Part shown: positions 43,171 to 52,196 of the stretch, in pieces
How positions within the stretch are numbered: the first letter of the stretch is position 1
Layout: each line of letters begins with the position of its first letter
Source: Candidatus Limnocylindrales bacterium
GTDB lineage: Bacteria; Chloroflexota; Limnocylindria; Limnocylindrales; CSP1-4
Assembly: GCA_035699445.1 (NCBI GenBank)
Contig: DASSPX010000072.1
Location: 1-63,822 of the forward strand
Direction of reading: 5' to 3'
Length of the DNA stretch: 63,822 nt
Notes under the pieces: model-generated
Database searches by the model: none
Seen by the model: only the letters and a program-made list of their open reading frames with translations
What the model was told of the DNA's origin: nothing
Translations under genes and position numbers: made by a program

Positions 43171-44496
43171 ATGGCGTCCCCGCATCGCGTCCTGATCGTC
43201 GGCGGGGGGTTCGCCGGCCTGTACGCGGCGAAGGAGCTGGGCAGGGACGCGCGGATCGACGTCACGCTCGTCGACCGGCGGAACTTCCATCTGTTCCAGC
43301 CGCTCCTGTACCAGGTCGCGACGGGTGCGCTGTCGCCGGGCGAGATCGCGCAGCCACTCCGATCGGTGCTCCGCCGGCAGCGGAACACCACGGTGCTCCT
43401 CGCGGAGGCGACCGGGCTGGACCCGGAGCACCGGGTGGTCTCGTTCTCCGACGGCGGGCCGATCGAGTACGACACGCTCATCGTCGCGACCGGGTCGCGC
43501 CACCAGTACTTCGGCAACGACGCCTGGGCGCCGTTCGCGCCCGGGCTGAAGTCGATCGACGACGCGACCGAGATTCGCCGCCGGATCCTCATCGCATTCG
43601 AGGCGGCGGAGCGGGAGGGCAACCCCGAGCGCCGTCGCGAGTGGATGACGTTCGTCGTCGTCGGCGGCGGGCCGACCGGCGTGGAGCTCGCCGGCGCGCT
43701 GGCCGAGATCGCCGAGGACACGCTGCGGCACGACTACCGGTCGATCTATCCGCCCGATGCCGACATCGTCCTCGTGGAGGCGCTGGATCGCGTGCTGCCG
43801 TCCTATCCCGAGGGCTCGTCCGCGTCCGCGCGACGCCAGCTCGAGCGCCTGCGGGTCCACGTCCGGACGGGGACGCGCGTCGTCCACGTGGACGACCGCC
43901 GCGTGCGGGTGCAGGCTCCGGACGGCACCGAGGAGACGATCCCGACGCGCACCGTGCTCTGGGCGGCCGGCGTCCTCGCGTCGTCGTTCGTGCGCACCGT
44001 GGCCGCAGCGACCGGTGCCGAGACCGACGGCGCGGGGCGGATCCGCGTGACGCCGCAGCTGACGATCCCCGGGCGGCCGGAGATCTTCGTCGTCGGCGAC
44101 GCCGCAGTGATGCCCTGGCCTGGTCATCCACAGGTGCCAGGTGTGGCGCAGGGCGCGATCCAGTCCGGCCGGTTCGCCGCCCGGACGGTCCGGCGACGCC
44201 TGGCCGGCGAGGCGACGGGTGCGTTCCGCTACCGGGACCGGGGTGACGTGGCGGTGATCGGGCGACTGCGCGGCGTGACGAACATCGGTTGGCTCGGGCC
44301 GTTCGGCCGGCAGAGCGGGTTCATCGCCTGGCTGCTGTGGCTGGGGATCCACATCGCGTACCTCATCGGGTTCGCGAACCGGATCGTCGTCGTCACCCGC
44401 TGGGCGTACAGCTTCGTCACCCGCGGCCGCTCGACGCGGCTGATCACCGGGTCGCCGCTCCTGCCGCCGATCGAGCACCCGGAGCCGCCGGCGTAG
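43171..44496 (+). CDS. ndh: Type II NADH dehydrogenase
   Basis: VGGGFAGL, HLFQPLLYQVATG, VVGGGPTGVELAG, VPGVAQGAIQ; TACGAT 8 nt before ATG. Confidence 0.93.
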   Translation: MASPHRVLIVGGGFAGLYAAKELGRDARIDVTLVDRRNFHLFQPLLYQVATGALSPGEIAQPLRSVLRRQRNTTVLLAEATGLDPEHRVVSFSDGGPIEYDTLIVATGSRHQYFGNDAWAPFAPGLKSIDDATEIRRRILIAFEAAEREGNPERRREWMTFVVVGGGPTGVELAGALAEIAEDTLRHDYRSIYPPDADIVLVEALDRVLPSYPEGSSASARRQLERLRVHVRTGTRVVHVDDRRVRVQAPDGTEETIPTRTVLWAAGVLASSFVRTVAAATGAETDGAGRIRVTPQLTIPGRPEIFVVGDAAVMPWPGHPQVPGVAQGAIQSGRFAARTVRRRLAGEATGAFRYRDRGDVAVIGRLRGVTNIGWLGPFGRQSGFIAWLLWLGIHIAYLIGFANRIVVVTRWAYSFVTRGRSTRLITGSPLLPPIEHPEPPA

Positions 44497-44627
44497 CGTC
44501 CGCCCCCCGGCCGGACCTCCGGGCCGGGTTCGCGCGTTGTGCCCCAACTCGAATCCGGGCGGCGGGAGCAATCCACCGGCTGCTTCCGCCGAGCGCCACC
44601 GTGGTTCGAGTTAGCCGGTGAAGCCGT

Positions 44628-45749
44628 TCAGCGCGGGTCGTGCTCGTGGACGACGACCTGGCGCAGCACCTCGCCCCGCCGGAGCGTGTCGAACGCGTCC
44701 TCGAGGTCCTCGAGCGGCAGGCGGCGGTCGATGAGCCGGTCGACCGGCAGCCGCCCGTCGAGGTAGAGGCGGCCGTAGCGCGGAAAGTCCGTCGCGGCCA
44801 CCGCGAAGCCGTAGTTCGAACCGAGCAGGCGCCGGGAGCCGTCGACGAACGGGAACACGTCAAACGACGCGCGCTGCCCGAACGGCGTGAGCCCGACGAG
44901 CGTGACCGTCCCGCCCGGTGGCGCCGCCTCGATCGCAAGCTCGACGGTCGGCACCCGCCCGATCGCCTCGAGCACGTGGTCCGGGCCGCCGTCGGTCGCG
45001 TCGCGGATCGCGGCCACGGTGACGGCCGGGTCGTCGCCCGCCACGACGCCCGCGGTGGCCCCGAACGACCGGGCTCGCTCCACCTTCGCCGCCACGCGAT
45101 CGACGGCCACGACGCTCACGGCACCCGCCAGCGCCGCGCCCATCACGCACGACATCCCGACGCCACCGAGCCCGATGACGACGACGCTCTCGCCCGGCCG
45201 GACCGCCGCCGTCTTCGTCACCGCACCGACGCCGGTCGACACGCAGCAACCGATCAGCGCGGCGACCTCCGCAGGGACGCCCTCGGGCATCGGGATCGCG
45301 GCGTCCACGGGCACGACGCTCCACGAGGCGAACGTCGCGATCCCGCAGTAGGGGAGGACCGGCGACCCGTCGGCACGGGCGAACCGCGAGGTGCCGTCCG
45401 GCATCGCGTGGCGGAGCGAGGACGACCCGGTGCACAGCCATTGCCGGCCCGCCTGGCACGCCCGGCAGCGGAGGCACGGCACGTACCACGAAAGGGCGAC
45501 GGTGCGCCCCGTGAGCGCCGGGTCCACGCCCTCGCCGACCGCCTCCACGACGCCGGCCCCCTCGTGCCCGAGCGCGATCGACCCCGGGCGCGGCCAGTCG
45601 CCGTCGCGCACGTGGAGGTCGGAGTGGCACACGCCGGCGGCGAGCATCCGGACGAGCACCTCACCCGCCCGGGGCGGGGCGACGCCGAGCGCCTCGATCC
45701 GTGCCGCCTCGCCGGTGCGCTCGACGACGGCCGCCCGCGCGACCGTCAC
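44628..45749 (-). CDS. Zn-dependent alcohol dehydrogenase (class III-like)
   Basis: GVCHSD, GHEGAG, C..C..C...C, IGCCVSTGVGAV, GLGGVG; GTGA overlap with VOC gene. Confidence 0.9.
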   Translation of the reverse strand: MTVARAAVVERTGEAARIEALGVAPPRAGEVLVRMLAAGVCHSDLHVRDGDWPRPGSIALGHEGAGVVEAVGEGVDPALTGRTVALSWYVPCLRCRACQAGRQWLCTGSSSLRHAMPDGTSRFARADGSPVLPYCGIATFASWSVVPVDAAIPMPEGVPAEVAALIGCCVSTGVGAVTKTAAVRPGESVVVIGLGGVGMSCVMGAALAGAVSVVAVDRVAAKVERARSFGATAGVVAGDDPAVTVAAIRDATDGGPDHVLEAIGRVPTVELAIEAAPPGGTVTLVGLTPFGQRASFDVFPFVDGSRRLLGSNYGFAVAATDFPRYGRLYLDGRLPVDRLIDRRLPLEDLEDAFDTLRRGEVLRQVVVHEHDPR

Positions 45750-46144
45750 GCCGCCGTTTCCGCGGAATCCGCGAGCGGCATCTCCGCCATGAGCGCGAGC
45801 TGGTTGCCGTCCGGGTCCCTGAAGAACGCCATCCACAGCTCGTAGCTCGCGTCCCGGTGGACCACGTGCGGCTCGTCATCGAACGTGACGCCGCGGGACT
45901 CGAGGGTGGCAACCGCCGCACCCACGTCCTCGACCCGGTAGTAGATCGTCGGACGCCCGGCGAACGACGGGTCCTCCGGAACCGCGAGATACAGCCGGAC
46001 GCCGCCGCAGTCAAAGAACGCCATCCCCGGGAACCGGAACAGGAAGCGCATCCCGAGGACGTCCCGGTAGAAGGTCACGGCCCGATCGACGTCCCGGATC
46101 GGCACGAGGATCTGCCCGATCCGGTCGAGATGGAAGCGGTCCAC
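45746..46144 (-). CDS. VOC/glyoxalase family protein
   Basis: GQI..PV.DVDRAV.FYRDVLG, AFF.CGGVRL, FFRDPDGNQL. Confidence 0.88.
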   Translation of the reverse strand: MDRFHLDRIGQILVPIRDVDRAVTFYRDVLGMRFLFRFPGMAFFDCGGVRLYLAVPEDPSFAGRPTIYYRVEDVGAAVATLESRGVTFDDEPHVVHRDASYELWMAFFRDPDGNQLALMAEMPLADSAETAA

Positions 46145-46177
46145 GCTGGCGGCCCTCGCTGTCCGCCGGCCCGACGA

Positions 46178-46606
46178 TCAGCCGGCGACCACCCGCACGA
46201 TACCCGTCATCCCGTACCCCTCGTGACCGGGAAGGTGGCAGACGAACCGGTACTCCCCGGGTGCGGCGAACCGGACGGTGGTCGTCCGGGTCGAGAGGGC
46301 CGGCAGGGTCACCTCGGTGGGGCGCGTGTCGTGCACCGGCTCCGACCCGCTGCGATGGCGCGCGTGGAGCGCCTCGTCGCCCACGATCCACTCGTGGTCG
46401 ATCGGATCGTCGTTCACGATCGTGATCGTCACCGGCACCCCCGCGGGCACGATCAGCTCGTCGGGCGCGAACTGCGAGTGACGGATCCGGACCTGCGCCG
46501 CCGTCACCGGGCGAGACGGGTCCGCGGCGACGGCGAGCGTGCCCGCGGCGACGAGGAGCGCGGCCGAGGTCACGCCCAGGATCGCCGCCGCCGGGTGGAG
46601 CTGCAT
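46178..46606 (-). CDS. Exported cupredoxin (blue copper) protein
   Basis: Signal/TM; type-1 Cu ligands DHEW and CHLPGH...GM. Confidence 0.88.
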   Translation of the reverse strand: MQLHPAAAILGVTSAALLVAAGTLAVAADPSRPVTAAQVRIRHSQFAPDELIVPAGVPVTITIVNDDPIDHEWIVGDEALHARHRSGSEPVHDTRPTEVTLPALSTRTTTVRFAAPGEYRFVCHLPGHEGYGMTGIVRVVAG

Positions 46607-46622
46607 CGAGCGTCCCGCCGAC

Positions 46623-47678
46623 TCAGGCGGCCGGACGGACTGGACGGTGCGCGGTCAGCCCGAGCACCATCGCCAGGCCCGCGCCGACCATCCCGATCGC
46701 CGCCAGGACCCGGGCGACGTCGATCGGCTGGAGTCCGGGCTCGGGCTCCGGCCGGGCACCGAACCCGAGGCCGACGTCCACCGGGTCGGGCGCCGTGACC
46801 CCGTCGGGCGAGATCGCGAGGTCGAACGTGAGCGTGGACGCCTTCGCGTCGATCGCGAGCTTCGTCAGCCACGCGTCGGCCGGGACCCAGTCCATGTCGC
46901 GGTCGGAGCGGAGATCGTCGAGCAGCGAGGTCGTGGCGGGCGCGGAGTGCGCGAGCGTGAACCCGTTGGGGAGGATCGGCGCCGGCAGGAGGCGCGGCTT
47001 CTCGTCGGTGAGGAGGTAGACGTCCGCCTGGATCGTCTCGCCCGCCTGCTTGCCGAGGCCCAGGATTCGCAGCGGCACCCACGGCGCGTCGGTCGGGATC
47101 GTGAGGTGGACCGGTGTCCCGTCGCCGACCGCCTGACCGCGCTCGGCGGCGGCATCGGCGTCGAACGCGGCGGCCATGAAGATCGGGCTGCGCTGGGCGT
47201 AGAAGTCGAGCACCTCGGGGGCGTCCGGCGGGAGCCGGAACCCCTGCTCGGTCGCCCAGCGTGCCACCTCGTCGCCGCCACCGCGCAGGATCGTGATGTC
47301 GAGCGCGTCGATCCGGACCTCCTGGAGGACCTCCGCGTCGGCCGCGCCGGCGGCTGCGAACAGGCCGATCCGGAAGGCCTCCTCGGCCGGTGGATCGGTC
47401 TCGAGGATCAGGCGCTGGAGCGTCCAGTCGCCGCCCTTGACGACACTCGTCGGGATCCCCGGCAGCGGCGTCAGCGAGCCGAAGGCACCGCCCCCGCCCG
47501 CGAACTCGAACGCGGTGACGTAGTGCTCGACGCCGTCCGCGTAGCCTGCGAACGTGGTGGTCCGGAGGAGGTTCACCGCCCCGTTCGGGCCGATGAGGCC
47601 GCCGCAGGCGAGCGCCGGCGCGGCGGTGACGAGGAGGACGACGGTCGCCGTGAGCGCCGCCGCGAGCCGGGAACGCAT
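46623..47678 (-). CDS. DUF2330-like exported protein with C-terminal TM
   Basis: Signal peptide ending ALA-CGG; FGSLTPLP, WATEQGF, PWVPLRIL; family call by recollection. Confidence 0.7.
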   Translation of the reverse strand: MRSRLAAALTATVVLLVTAAPALACGGLIGPNGAVNLLRTTTFAGYADGVEHYVTAFEFAGGGGAFGSLTPLPGIPTSVVKGGDWTLQRLILETDPPAEEAFRIGLFAAAGAADAEVLQEVRIDALDITILRGGGDEVARWATEQGFRLPPDAPEVLDFYAQRSPIFMAAAFDADAAAERGQAVGDGTPVHLTIPTDAPWVPLRILGLGKQAGETIQADVYLLTDEKPRLLPAPILPNGFTLAHSAPATTSLLDDLRSDRDMDWVPADAWLTKLAIDAKASTLTFDLAISPDGVTAPDPVDVGLGFGARPEPEPGLQPIDVARVLAAIGMVGAGLAMVLGLTAHRPVRPAA

Positions 47679-47744
47679 CGTGTCGTTCCTCCCGCGATCC
47701 GGTCAACCCGTTCCACCCACCGGGCCGGGCGCCGGATGGCGCGT

Positions 47745-47772
47745 GAGACGTGGTCCCTCACGGTGTGGTTCC
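47745..47772 (-). promoter_or_regulatory. ECF-sigma-type promoter
   Basis: Minus strand GGAACC, 16 nt, CGTCTC; SD GGGAGGA before ATG 47678. Confidence 0.55.
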
Positions 47773-47781
47773 CGCGGCCCG

Positions 47782-50688
47782 TCAGCCCGTGTTCTGGAGC
47801 CCCGCCGCGACCCCGTTGATCGTCGCGCCAACGATCCGCCGCAGCCGCTCCACCTCCGGCCCGGCCGGGGCCGCCCGCAGCCGGGCAAGGAGCTCGACCT
47901 GGAGCGCGGACAGCGCGTCCACGTACGGGTTGCGCAGGTCGATCGAGCGGGCGAGGACCGGATGGCCGCCGAGCAGCCGGTCACGGCCGGTGACCTGGAG
48001 CAGGAGTCGCGTCGAGCGCTCGTACTCCGCCTCGATCGCGGCCCGGATCGCGGACGACTGCGGGCCGGGCACGAGGTCGGCATAGCGGCGGAACGTCGCC
48101 AGGTCGGCCTTGGCGAGCGACAGCTCGGCGTTGTCGAGCACGGAGGCGAAGAACGGCCAGCGACGGTAGAGGCCGGCGAGGCGCTCGAGGGCACGCCGAC
48201 CGCCGCGTTCCATGTAGGCCTCGAGCGCCGTCCCGAGGCCGTACCAGCCGGGCAGGTTCGCGCGGCTCTGGGACCAGGCGAATACCCACGGGATCGCGCG
48301 GAGTGCGCCGAGGTCGGGGATCGAAGGGACGTCGGCGCCGCCCGGCCGCCGTGCCGGGCGCGAGCCGAGCGTCATCCCCGCGATCTCGACGATCGGCGTC
48401 GCGTGCTCGAAGAAGGTGAGGAAGTCCGGGCGGTCCACGAGCGCCCGGTACGCCGAGCGCGACACGGCGGCGAGCTCCGCGAGCACGGCCCCGCCGTCGG
48501 CCACCGCGCGGGCGAGCTCCTCATCGTGCTCGGGGGTCGAGGCGACGAGCGTCGCCGCCGTCACCTGCTCCAGGTGGCGCCGGGCGATCGCGGGGTTCGC
48601 GTACTGGGTGGCGATGACCTCGCCCTGCTCCGTGAACCGGATCCGGCCGTCCACCGACCCGGGGGCCTGGGCGAGGATCGCACGGTTCGCCGGCCCGCCG
48701 CCGCGGCCGATCGCTCCGCCCCGGCCGTGGAACAGCGTGAGCGTGACGCCGTGGCGCCGCGCCGACCGCACGAGCGCCTCCTGCGCACGGTGGAGCAGCC
48801 AGTTTGCGGCGAGGAACCCGGATTCCTTCGACGAGTCCGAGTAGCCGAGCATCACCTCCTGGACGTCGCCACGGTTGCGGAGGTGGGCCCGATAGCCATC
48901 GTCCGCGAGGAGCGCGTCGAACAGCGCGTTCGCGCCCTCCAGGGCCTCCGCGGACTCGAGCAGCGGCACGACGTCGAGCTCGGGGATCGCGGGCGGCAGG
49001 TCGGCGAACGCGGCAGCCGCGGCGATCGCGGCCGGATCGGCCGCCGTGCGGAACAGCGTCGGGTCGCCCGCGGCGCGGGCGAGCTCGAGCACGGCGAGGA
49101 CGTCGTCGAGGGAGGTGGTGAACGAGATCACGTACCGCCGGCAGGCGTCCGGACCGTAGGTCGCCTGCAGCCGGGCGGCCGCCCGGAACGAGGCGATCAC
49201 CTCGGCGAGCGTCACGCCCGGCGTCACCTCGATGGCCGGGGACGCGCCGGTCTGCAGAGCCTCCCGCGCCGCGCGATGGACCGCCGCATGCTGCCGGATC
49301 TCGAGCGACGCGAGGTGGAACCCGAATGTCCGGACCTGCCACCGGAAGTCCGCGACCTCGCCCCAGGCGACGCGCGCAAGCCCGTCTGCCGCCAGCGCGC
49401 GCTGGAGGACGTCCAGCTCACGGTCGAGCGTGCCGGCGTCGACGTAGCGGCCGGTGCGCGGCGCCGTCTCGCCGGTGAGCGCCAGCCGGGTACGGCGCAG
49501 CCGCTCGACGATCGCGCCGAACCGCTGCCGGTACGGCTCGTCCGGGAAGCGCCGGGTGAGCTGGCGCATCGTCTCGGGCAGCTCCTCCGCGTCCCGGTGG
49601 AGGGCGCTCGCGAGCGCGCGGTCGATGCGCTCCGAAGCGACCCGGGCGGCGACGGTCTGCATCAGCCGGCTGGCGACCGCCTCGTGGCCATGGAGCACGT
49701 GGTCGGCATGGATGCGCATCGCGACGAGCGTCGTCTCCGCGGTGACCCGGGGATTGCCATCCCGATCGCCGCCGATCCACGAGCCGTACCGCAGGTAGGC
49801 GGGGACGCGCGGGGGGCGGGTGCCGGAGCGGCCGGTGTCGGCGGCGAGGGCGGTGGTCTCGCCGGCCCCGGCGGCGTCGGCCTCGGCCGCCGCGCTCACG
49901 AGGTCGAGCGCGGCGTCGACCGCCCGGTAGACCCGCGGCACCGTCGTGAACAGCGTCTGGTCGAAGAACACGAGCGCGGTCCGGACCTCGTCGAGCGGCG
50001 TCGGCGCGATCGAGCGCAGCTCGGCGGTGCGCCAGAGCGTCGTGATCTCCTCCCGGATCCGGCGGCGCGCGTCGGCGTCCTCGTCCGGCGTCACCTCCGC
50101 GTCGTCGAGCCGCTCCAGCTGGCGCTCGAGACGGCGGAGTGCGACGAGGAGCGTGCGGCGGCGCGCCTCGGTCGGGTGCGCGGTCAGGACGGGCGAGACC
50201 TCGAGACGCTCGACCAGGGTCGCGACCTCGCCGGTGCTTCGGCCGCGTGCCACGCGCACGACCGCCTCGGCGACGGAATCGTCGAGGATGCCGCCCGGCG
50301 CGTGGCGAGCCCGGCGCCGGAGCGTCCGGACGCGCTGCCGCTCCTCGGCCAGGTTGACGAGCTGGAAGTACAGGCCGAACGCCCGGGCCAGCCCTTCCGC
50401 CTCGTCGAGGCCGATCCCCGCGATCTCCGCCGCGAGGCGCTCCCGTTCCTGCTCCCGCTCCTCGATCGACTCCAGCCCGCCCCGCCGGATCGCGATCGCG
50501 TGCCGGCGGACTCGCTCGACGAGCGCAAACAGCTCGGGGCCGGCCTGCTCAGCGATCACCTGGCCGAGCAGCGCGCCGAGGAGCCGGACCTCCCGGGCGA
50601 TCGGGTCGCGTGCTCCCGCGATGCCCGGACCGCGCGGCTCGGCGGCCACGGCCGGGAAGCGGGCGGGACGGCGGGCGCGGGCGGACAT
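47782..50688 (-). CDS. ppc: Phosphoenolpyruvate carboxylase
   Basis: VLTAHPTE, WIGGDRDGNP, VMLGYSDSSKE, FHGRGG.IGRGG, LRAIPWVFAWSQ. Confidence 0.98.
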   Translation of the reverse strand: MSARARRPARFPAVAAEPRGPGIAGARDPIAREVRLLGALLGQVIAEQAGPELFALVERVRRHAIAIRRGGLESIEEREQERERLAAEIAGIGLDEAEGLARAFGLYFQLVNLAEERQRVRTLRRRARHAPGGILDDSVAEAVVRVARGRSTGEVATLVERLEVSPVLTAHPTEARRRTLLVALRRLERQLERLDDAEVTPDEDADARRRIREEITTLWRTAELRSIAPTPLDEVRTALVFFDQTLFTTVPRVYRAVDAALDLVSAAAEADAAGAGETTALAADTGRSGTRPPRVPAYLRYGSWIGGDRDGNPRVTAETTLVAMRIHADHVLHGHEAVASRLMQTVAARVASERIDRALASALHRDAEELPETMRQLTRRFPDEPYRQRFGAIVERLRRTRLALTGETAPRTGRYVDAGTLDRELDVLQRALAADGLARVAWGEVADFRWQVRTFGFHLASLEIRQHAAVHRAAREALQTGASPAIEVTPGVTLAEVIASFRAAARLQATYGPDACRRYVISFTTSLDDVLAVLELARAAGDPTLFRTAADPAAIAAAAAFADLPPAIPELDVVPLLESAEALEGANALFDALLADDGYRAHLRNRGDVQEVMLGYSDSSKESGFLAANWLLHRAQEALVRSARRHGVTLTLFHGRGGAIGRGGGPANRAILAQAPGSVDGRIRFTEQGEVIATQYANPAIARRHLEQVTAATLVASTPEHDEELARAVADGGAVLAELAAVSRSAYRALVDRPDFLTFFEHATPIVEIAGMTLGSRPARRPGGADVPSIPDLGALRAIPWVFAWSQSRANLPGWYGLGTALEAYMERGGRRALERLAGLYRRWPFFASVLDNAELSLAKADLATFRRYADLVPGPQSSAIRAAIEAEYERSTRLLLQVTGRDRLLGGHPVLARSIDLRNPYVDALSALQVELLARLRAAPAGPEVERLRRIVGATINGVAAGLQNTG

Positions 50689-50710
50689 GCGCGCATGATC
50701 ACCGGCTCGT

Positions 50711-50739
50711 GGCCGTCGCGACCACCCTCCGCGACGGCC
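50711..50739. other. Perfect 10-bp inverted repeat in the ppc leader
   Basis: ggccgtcgcg-accaccctc-cgcgacggcc. Confidence 0.7.
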
Positions 50740-50865
50740 CGTGGAGGTCTGTTCCGGGCTCGCCGAGCACCGAATGGTTGCGGCGAGGCCCTCCCGCTAC
50801 CCCACCGGCACTGGGCCGCAACCCCGGCCGGACACGTCGCAACCTAGCCTTGTACCGTGCTCGCG

Positions 50866-52185
50866 ATGGCTTCCGTGCCCGCTCGTCCAGAAGCTCCGAC
50901 TTCGGCTCCCTCGCCGATCGCCGGCCCGCCCGTGTCCGGGTCCGATGACGCCGGCTCGCTCGAGCAGCTCCGCTTCCTCCACGAGATCCTGCGCCTCGCG
51001 ACCACGGCGCAGACGTGGGACGAGCTCCTCGAGACTGTCGTCGACAGCACGCGCGACGCGCTCCGGGCGGACGTGAGCTCGCTCTACCTTCTCGATCGCG
51101 ACGGGACGATGCTGACACTCGCCGCGACCAACGGGCTCGACCGCCACCAGATCGGCCGTGCGCGGGTGCCGTTCGGAGAGGGGATCACCGGCCGGGTCGC
51201 CGCGACGCGGACGCCGCTGGTCATCACGGACATCAAGGACGACCCCCGATTCCTGTGGGTCCGGGGGCTGGACCAGCGGCGGTTCGTGACCTCGATGCTG
51301 TCGGTGCCGCTCGACTGGCACGACACGGTGGTCGGCGTCCTCAACGTCCAGACCGAGCAGCGCCGCGAGTTCACCGAGGGCGATGTCGCCCAGCTGTCGG
51401 CGATCGCCGACATCCTCGCCGGCATCGTCGAGAAGGGGCGGCTCCAGCAGGAGGCCGAGGCGCAGGTCCGCCAGCTCCAGGCCCTCGACCAGGCCCGGAC
51501 CGAGCTGATCGCGCTCGTCACCCACGAGCTGCGCACGCCGCTCGCGGTCGTCCGGGCGTACGCCGACCTGCTCGCGGAGGAGCCCGAGCTCGTCGGCCGC
51601 GAATCACGCGACCCGGCGCGACGGGCGCAGCGCGACGAGTGGCATCGGGCCGCGATCGAGCAGGTCGAGCGGCTCGACCGCCTCGTCGATTCGATCCTCG
51701 CGAGCGTGCGCGTCGAGCCCGAGCATCCCGCCGAGCTGGCGACCGTGGACATCGCGGGGACCATCCGCGAGCTCGTCCAGCACCTCGAGCCGATGCTCCA
51801 CCGGCATCCACTCGAGTTCGCCTCGACGATCCGGCTCCATGCGCTGGCCGATCCGGCCCGGCTGCGCCGGATCCTCGAGCACCTCGTCGAGAACGCCGTG
51901 AAGTACGCCCCGCCGGGGACGGGAATCGTGCTCGACTGGGCGCTCGTCGAGGGGGTCGTCCGGATCGGCGTGACCGACGCCGGGCCGGGCATCCCGGAGG
52001 AGTGGCGCGAGCGGATCTTCGAGCCCTACGCGCGGCGGGACACGCTCACCGCGCGCGGCTCCGGGATCGGGCTCTACGCCGCGAAGCGACTCGCGCAGTC
52101 CATGGGCGCACGGCTGTGGTGCGAGCCCGGCGCCACCGGTGGGGCCCGGTTCGTGCTCGCGCTGCCGGCCGTCGTCGCCGTCTGA
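50866..52185 (+). CDS. Cytoplasmic GAF-domain sensor histidine kinase
   Basis: GAF (GEGITGRVA, SMLSVPL, VGVLNVQ), H-box THELRTPL, NAVKY, DAGPGIP, GSGIGLY; TACCGT 7 nt before ATG. Confidence 0.92.
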   Translation: MASVPARPEAPTSAPSPIAGPPVSGSDDAGSLEQLRFLHEILRLATTAQTWDELLETVVDSTRDALRADVSSLYLLDRDGTMLTLAATNGLDRHQIGRARVPFGEGITGRVAATRTPLVITDIKDDPRFLWVRGLDQRRFVTSMLSVPLDWHDTVVGVLNVQTEQRREFTEGDVAQLSAIADILAGIVEKGRLQQEAEAQVRQLQALDQARTELIALVTHELRTPLAVVRAYADLLAEEPELVGRESRDPARRAQRDEWHRAAIEQVERLDRLVDSILASVRVEPEHPAELATVDIAGTIRELVQHLEPMLHRHPLEFASTIRLHALADPARLRRILEHLVENAVKYAPPGTGIVLDWALVEGVVRIGVTDAGPGIPEEWRERIFEPYARRDTLTARGSGIGLYAAKRLAQSMGARLWCEPGATGGARFVLALPAVVAV

Positions 52186-52196
52186 GGGGAGCCAGC

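Noticed and set aside
44578-44587. Minus-strand GGAAGCAGCC resembling SRP RNA helix 8
   Set aside because: Lacks the CAGG-UCC-GNRA-GGA half of the SRP domain IV motif
47757-47766. Minus-strand ACACCGUGAG resembling ykkC-family riboswitch P3
   Set aside because: No following AAAAG or upstream UAGGGUUCCG; sequence is the spacer of the ECF-type promoter
50776-50824. Resemblance to the glutamine (glnA) riboswitch (GUUG..GCCCAG..GGUGG..CAAC on the minus strand)
   Set aside because: E-loop words GGAAGUA and UGAAG are absent and the three-way junction cannot be drawn
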